Assembly (NCBI RefSeq): GCF_000299365.1 | Contig: NC_018655.1 | Coordinates: forward strand, 1-32,000 | DNA from: Candidatus Nitrosopumilus koreensis AR1 | Lineage (GTDB): Archaea > Thermoproteota > Nitrososphaeria > Nitrososphaerales > Nitrosopumilaceae | Direction: 5' to 3' | DNA length: 32,000 nt | In this document: in pieces, positions 25,497 to 32,000 of the stretch | Numbering within the stretch: position 1 is the stretch's first letter | Layout of the letters: the number at the start of each line of letters is the position of its first letter | Translations under genes and position numbers: made by a program | The notes under the pieces: generated by a model | Database searches by the model: none | Told to the model about the DNA's origin: nothing | What the model saw: the letters and a program-made list of their open reading frames with translations, nothing else

Positions 25497-26759
25497 ATGC
25501 ATTGGAGAGAGACACTTCCTGATTGGTACATCAAAAAATATGGATATCAACCATGTGTTAACATTGGAACTGCAGGTCATGTAGATCATGGAAAAACTAC
25601 TCTTATTCAGGCATTAACTGGTTCTTGGACAAGTGTTCATAGCCAAGAATTAAAACGTGGAATTACAATTCGTGTTGGTTATTCTGATGCAGCATTTTAC
25701 AAATGCAAGAGTTGTGAAGAACCCTTAGGCTATTCTACAACACCAAAATGTAACAATTGTGGAAAAGAAAGTGAACTATCTAGAGTTGTTAGTTTTGTTG
25801 ATAGTCCAGGACATGAAAGCCTGATGGCAAATATGTTATCCGGTTCTGCACTAATGGATGGAGCCTTATTACTTGTAGCTGCAAATGAAAAAGTTCCAAA
25901 ACCACAAACAAAAGAGCATCTTTTAGCACTTCAGACTCTTGGAATTCAACAAATTGTAGTTGTTCAAAACAAAGTTGATTTATTATCATACAAAGAGGCA
26001 TTAACTAATTATCAAGATATTACAAAATTTGTTAAAGGAACGCATGCTGCAAAAGCACCAATTATTCCAATTTCTGCCCAATCTGGTCTAAATATTGATG
26101 CTTTGATAGGTGCAATAGAGGCAAATATCAAAACACCAGATAGAGATGAAAAACAAGATACCGTTATGCATGTTCTGCGTTCTTTTGATGTTAACAAACC
26201 TGGTACTAAATTAAAAAACATCAAGGGTGGTGTAATTGGTGGTAGTTTAACACAAGGCATCTTCAATGTTGGTGATGAGATTGAGATTAAGCCAGGAATT
26301 TTAAATGAAAAGAAAAAAGTCTATGAACCCCTAGTCACAGAGATTACATCTCTAGGTACTGCTGCAGGAATTGTTGATTCAGTAAAACCTGGAGGGTTGG
26401 TTGCAATTGGAACCAAACTTGATCCATCAATGACTCGAAGTGATTCATTTATTGGATCAGTTATTGGCAAACCTGGAACCTTACCAGAAAACTCTACACA
26501 ACTAAAACTTGATGTGACCTTATTTGATTCAGCAGTAGGAACCACTGAGGATATCAAAGTCCAACCAATACAATCAGGCGAATTACTACGAGTAAATATT
26601 GGAACAGCTCCTCTTTTAGGCAAAGTAACCAAAGTAAAATCAAAAAATATTGAAATTGAATTGAGAAGACCGGCTTGTATATTTGAAGGTGGAAACGTAG
26701 CACTAAGTAGAAGAATTGATGAAAGATGGAGACTAATTGGTGCAGGAATAGTTGGTTGA
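25497..26759 (+). CDS. eif2g: Translation initiation factor aIF2 subunit gamma
   Basis: VNIGTAGHVDHGKTTLIQALTG, zinc knuckles CKSCEEPLGYSTTPKCNNC, FVDSPGHESLMANMLSGSALMDGALLLVAANE, VVQNKVDL. Confidence 0.96.
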   Translation: MHWRETLPDWYIKKYGYQPCVNIGTAGHVDHGKTTLIQALTGSWTSVHSQELKRGITIRVGYSDAAFYKCKSCEEPLGYSTTPKCNNCGKESELSRVVSFVDSPGHESLMANMLSGSALMDGALLLVAANEKVPKPQTKEHLLALQTLGIQQIVVVQNKVDLLSYKEALTNYQDITKFVKGTHAAKAPIIPISAQSGLNIDALIGAIEANIKTPDRDEKQDTVMHVLRSFDVNKPGTKLKNIKGGVIGGSLTQGIFNVGDEIEIKPGILNEKKKVYEPLVTEITSLGTAAGIVDSVKPGGLVAIGTKLDPSMTRSDSFIGSVIGKPGTLPENSTQLKLDVTLFDSAVGTTEDIKVQPIQSGELLRVNIGTAPLLGKVTKVKSKNIEIELRRPACIFEGGNVALSRRIDERWRLIGAGIVG

Positions 26760-27120
26760 CGTAATCTGCGACACAAATTTTCTGATTCATATTGCTACAA
26801 AAAGAATAAAAAACATTGATAATCTTGATGTAGAAATTGGTTCAATTTCTTTTGTGGTCCCAGAAGTTGTAAAAACAGAATTATTGAAATTATATACAAT
26901 TCCTGAAAAAAAACAAGATATTGAAAAAACATTAAACTACATAAAAAATTTTAAATCTATTCAATTATCTGGAAATTTTGCTGATAAAGAATTACTAGAA
27001 TATGTAAAATCTAAAAAATCAATCGTTGGAACCATGGACAAAGAATTAAAAAAACAGATCAAACAAAATGGTGGTTCTATATTGTCTCTTTCTAATGATA
27101 AAATTGTTTTAGAATCTTAG
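26752..27120 (+). CDS. PIN-domain protein (archaeal Fcf1/Nob1-like class)
   Basis: ICDTNFLIHIA, VVPEVVKTEL and VGTMDKELKKQIKQNGGSIL acidic PIN motifs; 8-nt overlap with the aIF2 gamma gene. Confidence 0.75.
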   Translation: MVDVICDTNFLIHIATKRIKNIDNLDVEIGSISFVVPEVVKTELLKLYTIPEKKQDIEKTLNYIKNFKSIQLSGNFADKELLEYVKSKKSIVGTMDKELKKQIKQNGGSILSLSNDKIVLES

Positions 27121-27157
27121 AAAAATTTAACTTTGAGCATTAAAGTTAATGTAGTAT

Positions 27158-27607
27158 ATGAAATTAGAAAGTCCTTCTTTTAAAAATGGTGAAACTATTC
27201 CAAAAAAATATGGTTATAAGAATGGAAATATTAGTCCACCATTAATTATTAACGATGTTCCAGAATCAACAAAATCTTTGGCTTTAATTATGGATGATCC
27301 TGATGCGATGGGAGCTGTTGGAAAAGTTTGGGTTCATTGGCTTTTATGGAATATTCCTAAAGATATAGAAAAAATAGATGAAAACTCTATACCTGAAAAT
27401 TCAATAGAAGGGAAAACTGACTTTGGAGAAATTGGTTATGGTGGACCTGCACCTCCTGACAAGGAGCATACTTACATTTTCAAACTGTATGCACTTGATA
27501 CAACACTTAATCTAAACAATAAATCAACAAAAGTAGATTTAGAAAATTCTATGAAAGATCATATTGTTGCTGAAACAAAATTAACAGGAAAATATGCTCC
27601 TCAATAA
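27158..27607 (+). CDS. YbhB/YbcL family Raf-kinase-inhibitor-like protein (PEBP family)
   Basis: NISPPLIINDVPESTKSLALIMDDPDAMGAVGKVWVHWLLWNIP, DFGEIGYGGPAPPDKEHTYIFKLYALD. Confidence 0.93.
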   Translation: MKLESPSFKNGETIPKKYGYKNGNISPPLIINDVPESTKSLALIMDDPDAMGAVGKVWVHWLLWNIPKDIEKIDENSIPENSIEGKTDFGEIGYGGPAPPDKEHTYIFKLYALDTTLNLNNKSTKVDLENSMKDHIVAETKLTGKYAPQ

Positions 27608-27675
27608 GGAAAATTCGCTTATGTATAATATTTTCATATAAAGAGTAATAAGCCCAGTTTTTATTCAAAAAAATA

Positions 27676-29811
27676 TTGAATTCAAATTCTACGTTAATAT
27701 CTGTTGGAAATTTTGATTTTAAATTAAGTCATCTACTGATAATTGGGATTCTTGCACTGTCTTTTTCAATTTCTTTCTTAGTAAGATCTCAACCTGCCGA
27801 ATGGGGTTGGGAATTAAATGAATTTGATCCTTTTTTCAATTACCGAGCAACTGAATATTTGGTAAATAATGGGGTTGATGCATATTTTCAATGGGATGAT
27901 GAATTAAGTTGGTATCCTCATGGAAGAAACGTATCTGAAACTTCACAAGTAGCATTACACCTAACTGCTGCTACAACTTATTGGGTATTTGGTGCTGGAG
28001 GAAATCTGTATGATTTTACTATACTTTTTCCAGTAATTTTTGGTTCTTTAACAACTATAGTGCTTTTTGCGCTAGTTCGAGTAATTGGTGGAACCACTGC
28101 TGGATTGTTTTCAGCTTTGCTTTTTTCAGTATCTATTCCGATTTTAACCAGAGGTACAATTGGATGGTTCAAATCTGAACCACTTGGTTTGTTTTTTGCA
28201 ATTTTAGCATTGTATCTTCTTTTAAGTGGAATTAATTCAAAAAATAATAAAATTGCCATTCCTAAGCTTGTTTCTGGTGGATTTTTTATTATATTGGGTT
28301 TATCTGCATGGGGTGGCAATCAATTCTTCATAATTCCTTTAGGATTATTTTTCTTAATACTACCTTTCTTACGTAAAGATCATAAATTTTTGATTTGGGC
28401 AATTCCAATTTTCAGTTTATCTGCAACTGTTACATCTCTTGGTTTTGAAAGAATTACATCCAATTTTATAGTAGGGTTGGGTGGTTTTGCATTACTAATA
28501 CCAACAGTTTTTCTTGTATTGTGCATAGTTGTTCAAAACAAAAGTAATGAAAAATACAAAACTAGAAACGGTTTATTATTTTTATTATCATTTTTAGTTG
28601 CAACCTCTGCGTTTCTTGTAATCAACGCCTCTGAAGAGTTCATACCATTGCCATCTCATAGATATCTTAATGCAATTAATCCGTTTCTGACTACTACCGA
28701 TCCATTAGTTGATTCTGTTTCAGAACATGCTACGACTACTATCCAACATTCATTTTTCTTCCATTCTGTAATAATGCTCTTTGCTGGCATTGGAATTTGG
28801 ATGTTGATAAAAAATTCTAAATCTTCTATCATTCAAAATGATATGAAATCATTTTCATTAATCTTGGGAATTACTGGTGTCTATACTGCATCAGCATTTC
28901 TAAGATTGGAAGTATTTGCATCAATATCTGTTATAATTCTGGCCTCATTAGGAATATCGATTTTATGTCAATCGTTCTTTTCAAATCAGACACAATTGAG
29001 TAATCTGAAAAATTCCATAATTAAACTATCTTTTGGTATTGGTTTGATAGTACTACTGATAATTCCACTAACTTCGTACTCTCCACTAAATGTGTTTCAA
29101 GTAGGTGATAATCCATTTACCATGCTTAATGGTGGAACTAATTACGCTGTAGCAACTAATGACTGGAATGATTCCTTGGAATGGATAAAAAATAATACTC
29201 CTGAAAATTCTGTTGTTGCAGCATGGTGGGATTATGGATATTGGATCCAAGCGAAATCTGATAGAACTACTCTTGCTGACAATTCAACAATTTATACTTC
29301 AATTATAGAAAAAATAGCAAAGATTTTCCTTTCTACACCAGATGAAGGTTGGAAAAAACTGCAAATAATGGAAGCAGATTACTTTGTAATCTTTGTTGCT
29401 GGTCAGAGACTAACTTTAGACGGAAACGAAAATCAACCAATTTACATTTTACAAGGTGGTGGTGATGAATCGAAAAAGCAATGGTTTATGAGAATCGCGG
29501 GTGAGCCACTCAATAAACATCTTCAATCAGATGGAATTAGTGGAACTGATCATTTTTGGAATAACACACTATTAGGTAAGATGATTCCGTTTAATTTGAT
29601 TGGATATGTTAATTTTCAAACAAACCAACAATCATTATCGTATCAACCTGGATTCACAGCAATTTATGAAAAAGATGTAAAATTTTCACCAGATGAAGAT
29701 GGCCCATTAAGGTTGGTTTACTCGTCACCCAGCTTTGATGCTTCAAAAGGTGAAGCTGTAATAGGGGTTTTTATTTATGAAATTAATAAAGACTATGTTC
29801 CATTAGATTAA
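27676..29811 (+). CDS. aglB: Archaeal oligosaccharyltransferase (STT3/AglB family)
   Basis: WGWELNEFDPFFNYRATEYLVNNG (DXD-like motif), SEPLGLFF, and VVAAWWDYGYWIQAKSDRTTLADN containing the WWDYG signature; multi-TM N-terminus. Confidence 0.95.
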   Translation: MNSNSTLISVGNFDFKLSHLLIIGILALSFSISFLVRSQPAEWGWELNEFDPFFNYRATEYLVNNGVDAYFQWDDELSWYPHGRNVSETSQVALHLTAATTYWVFGAGGNLYDFTILFPVIFGSLTTIVLFALVRVIGGTTAGLFSALLFSVSIPILTRGTIGWFKSEPLGLFFAILALYLLLSGINSKNNKIAIPKLVSGGFFIILGLSAWGGNQFFIIPLGLFFLILPFLRKDHKFLIWAIPIFSLSATVTSLGFERITSNFIVGLGGFALLIPTVFLVLCIVVQNKSNEKYKTRNGLLFLLSFLVATSAFLVINASEEFIPLPSHRYLNAINPFLTTTDPLVDSVSEHATTTIQHSFFFHSVIMLFAGIGIWMLIKNSKSSIIQNDMKSFSLILGITGVYTASAFLRLEVFASISVIILASLGISILCQSFFSNQTQLSNLKNSIIKLSFGIGLIVLLIIPLTSYSPLNVFQVGDNPFTMLNGGTNYAVATNDWNDSLEWIKNNTPENSVVAAWWDYGYWIQAKSDRTTLADNSTIYTSIIEKIAKIFLSTPDEGWKKLQIMEADYFVIFVAGQRLTLDGNENQPIYILQGGGDESKKQWFMRIAGEPLNKHLQSDGISGTDHFWNNTLLGKMIPFNLIGYVNFQTNQQSLSYQPGFTAIYEKDVKFSPDEDGPLRLVYSSPSFDASKGEAVIGVFIYEINKDYVPLD

Positions 29812-29815
29812 TTTT

Positions 29816-29971
29816 CTAATTGTATCTCTCAGCTAATCTATATCTCATATACTTGTCATCTGGTGAAAATTTTGCAGGATGTGCAGATATGGTTTGCTCA
29901 TCACATCTAGAGCATTTTTCTTTTAATGTATATTGATTACATCTTGTACACTTTCGTAACTGAAATCTCAT
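29816..29971 (-). CDS. nop10: Ribosome biogenesis protein Nop10 (H/ACA RNP), 51 aa
   Basis: MRFQLRKCTRCNQYTLKEKCSRCDEQTISAHPAKFSPDDKYMRYRLAERYN; zinc ribbon followed by the AHPAKFSPDDKYxRYR signature, directly downstream of aIF2 alpha. Missed by the ORF track because of length. Confidence 0.95.
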   Translation of the reverse strand: MRFQLRKCTRCNQYTLKEKCSRCDEQTISAHPAKFSPDDKYMRYRLAERYN

Positions 29972-29972
29972 T

Positions 29973-30770
29973 TTAGTTCTCTCTAGTTTTCTTTGATTCT
30001 TCTCTGGTGAATTTGAATGATCCTTTCTTTTTTTCTATATTAGTTTGAATTTCTGCAATAATTGGTTTTAATGATTTTTCTGCAGATTTAAAATCTTCTG
30101 AGGTGATAGACAATCTATATTTTGGTGCACCCAAATATGTAATGTCAATGGTAGAATCTTTTTTTAGTTCATCCAAAAGAACTTTTTTAATAATTTCAAT
30201 TCCATCTGATTTTGAGTTAATAATTTCCATAATTCCTCTAATTTCTACCGATGGAAGTTTGATTTTAGAACAAATTTCTTCGATCACATTTGCCGTTTTC
30301 TTTGGAATTTTTAATTCTTTGACTGAATCAATTCCATTTCTTCCAATTTCAATAAATGCATCATAAATCGAATCATATTTTGAATAAATACTGTCTTCTA
30401 GTTTTTCAATATCTTGGTCAGATAATTTTGCTTTTTCTTGAACATTCTGTAATAGAGTTTTTCCTTTCTCAAATTTTTTAACTTCTTTTAATTTTTGCTT
30501 TTTCTGATCTTTTGAAACCTGTTTTAATGAAAGGTCAATGTCTCCACGTTGAGGATTTACTTTTTTTACTAGAAGAACTTTTTTCTCTCCGTCTTTAACA
30601 AATCTATTTACTGATCTTATCCAACCAGGTGCAATTTCGGAAATGTGTAAAAACCCTTGTAAATTATCATATTCATCTAATGTAACATATGCACCATGAT
30701 CCATGACTTTGGTGACTGTCGCAAGGACAATTTCTCCCTGTTCAGGCATTTCTTGAACTTCTGTAGACAT
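29973..30770 (-). CDS. eif2a: Translation initiation factor aIF2 subunit alpha
   Basis: S1 domain GEIVLATVTKVMDHGAYVTLDEYDNLQGFLHISEIAPGWIRSVNRFVKDGEKKVLLVKKVNPQRGDIDLSLKQV. Confidence 0.96.
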   Translation of the reverse strand: MSTEVQEMPEQGEIVLATVTKVMDHGAYVTLDEYDNLQGFLHISEIAPGWIRSVNRFVKDGEKKVLLVKKVNPQRGDIDLSLKQVSKDQKKQKLKEVKKFEKGKTLLQNVQEKAKLSDQDIEKLEDSIYSKYDSIYDAFIEIGRNGIDSVKELKIPKKTANVIEEICSKIKLPSVEIRGIMEIINSKSDGIEIIKKVLLDELKKDSTIDITYLGAPKYRLSITSEDFKSAEKSLKPIIAEIQTNIEKKKGSFKFTREESKKTREN

Positions 30771-30809
30771 TTCTTCTAAAACTCTTGTTGTGTAAATTAA
30801 TGTTGCTGG

Positions 30810-31340
30810 TTAGAAATCAATTCCTTTTTTGGCTTTGATCCCCTTTTGAAAAGGATGTTTGATCTCCTTCATTTCTGTGACTAAATCCGCAATTTCTATT
30901 ACTTCTTCTTTTGCATAATTTCCTGTTAGAACTAAATCCACATCCTCAGGTTTTGCTTTAATCAATTCTAGCACATCATCTACAGAAATTAGATTCAAAT
31001 TAACTGCATAGTTAATTTCATCTAAAATCACAATATCATATTTTCTTGATTGAATCTTTTCATTACTAATTTTTATTGCTTCTTTTGCAACTTTTTCATG
31101 GTCTTCTTTTGGACTTTTGTCGTCAATAATGCCTACAAATCCCTTTCCAACTGTAACCATCTCAAATTCTGGTTCAAGTTTTTTTGTTGAATCCATCTCT
31201 CCATAATGCCACGAACCTTTGATAAACTGAATCATACAGATTTTTTTATCATAGCCTGTAGCTCTTAATGCAAGTCCTAAAGCAGCAGTTGTCTTACCTT
31301 TGCCTTTTCCTGTATATACAATTGTTAAACCGTCACTCAT
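30810..31340 (-). CDS. cobO: Cob(I)yrinic acid a,c-diamide adenosyltransferase (CobA/BtuR/CobO family)
   Basis: VYTGKGKGKTTAALGLALRATGYDKKICMIQFIKG, YDIVILDEINYAVNLNLI, LVLTGNYA. Confidence 0.93.
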   Translation of the reverse strand: MSDGLTIVYTGKGKGKTTAALGLALRATGYDKKICMIQFIKGSWHYGEMDSTKKLEPEFEMVTVGKGFVGIIDDKSPKEDHEKVAKEAIKISNEKIQSRKYDIVILDEINYAVNLNLISVDDVLELIKAKPEDVDLVLTGNYAKEEVIEIADLVTEMKEIKHPFQKGIKAKKGIDF

Positions 31341-31427
31341 GACATTTCATTTCATCATCTAACTAAAAACATTGAGTATTTTACAAATACATCGATTTAA
31401 ATAAAAAAATAATAGTATTCATGCAAA

Positions 31428-32000
31428 TTGAAAATTCCAAGAATTGTGTTGGCAGGTGCTAGTAGTGGAGTTGGAAAAACATCTATCACCTGTTCAATAA
31501 TTTATGCATTACAAAAAAGAGGTTTTTCTGTTCAACCATTCAAGGTTGGTCCTGATTATATAGATCCAAGTTATCTTTCAAGTATTTCAAAAAATGAAAC
31601 ATTCAATTTGGATGTTTGGTTGATGGGAAAAAATCATTTGTTGTCTAGTTTTGTCTCAAACTCAAAATCTGATGTATCTGTTATTGAAGGTGTCATGGGA
31701 TTTTATGATGGGTTTGATGGTAATTCAAATTATGCTAGTACTCATCATGTATCTGAAATAACAAAATCTCCTGTGATACTTATTCTTGATGCCAGCAAAA
31801 CTGCTCGGTCTATTGCAGCAACTGCTTTGGGATTTCAAAAATTTCATAAAAATTCTGGAATCTCTGCAATAATTCTTAATAAAATAGGTAGTAAAAAACA
31901 CGAAAATCTGTGTAGGCAAGCATTACAAAAAACAAAACTTCCAATAGTTGGAGTGATCCCAAAAGATTACTCTCTTAATCTAGAATCAAGACATCTGGGA
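31428..32000 (+). CDS. cbiA: Cobyrinic acid a,c-diamide synthase, truncated by window edge
   Basis: TTG start; KIPRIVLAGASSGVGKTSITCSIIYALQKRGFSVQPFKVGPDYIDPSYLS, VIEGVMGFYDGFDG, VGVIPKD. Open to the window end, hence absent from the ORF track. Confidence 0.92.
   Translation, partial: MKIPRIVLAGASSGVGKTSITCSIIYALQKRGFSVQPFKVGPDYIDPSYLSSISKNETFNLDVWLMGKNHLLSSFVSNSKSDVSVIEGVMGFYDGFDGNSNYASTHHVSEITKSPVILILDASKTARSIAATALGFQKFHKNSGISAIILNKIGSKKHENLCRQALQKTKLPIVGVIPKDYSLNLESRHLG

Noticed and set aside
26752-27120. VapC-type toxin of a toxin-antitoxin module
   Set aside because: PIN domain alone is not evidence; there is no adjacent antitoxin-like ORF, and the gene is in a rps6e-aIF2 gamma cluster.

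Overview
AT-rich archaeal chromosome window. Gene content (archaeal PriS/PriL primase, aIF2 alpha and gamma, S6e, Nop10, AglB/STT3, phosphomevalonate dehydratase subunits, B12 genes and a CdvB-like N-terminus) and leaderless-looking promoters suggest an ammonia-oxidising thaumarchaeote of the Nitrosopumilus type; this is inference, not a database result. Most of the window is densely packed housekeeping and core archaeal genes: cbiT-cbiL-cbiF, an RqcH/NFACT homolog, endonucleases III and IV, glycyl-tRNA synthetase, priL-priS, rps6e-aif2g-PIN, a PEBP-family protein, aglB, nop10-aif2a, and divergent cobO / cbiA. One tRNA-Gly(CCC) is present. The main accessory element is a 2494-codon secreted or surface protein (8070..15554). 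It has a near-perfect 27/33-nt repeat array encoding tandem NST sequons, a second ~60-nt-period Ser/Asp repeat region split by a globular segment, and an internal signal-peptide-like segment. Other points worth checking are a glutamate-racemase-like protein with both expected catalytic cysteines replaced by serine, a UPF0182 / glutamine-amidotransferase / peptidase-like-TPR gene run, and two tail-to-tail zinc-ribbon microprotein genes that the ORF track misses. I see no CRISPR array, transposon, prophage or clear defence system. I do not claim a new multi-gene system; the best candidates are listed with their limits.
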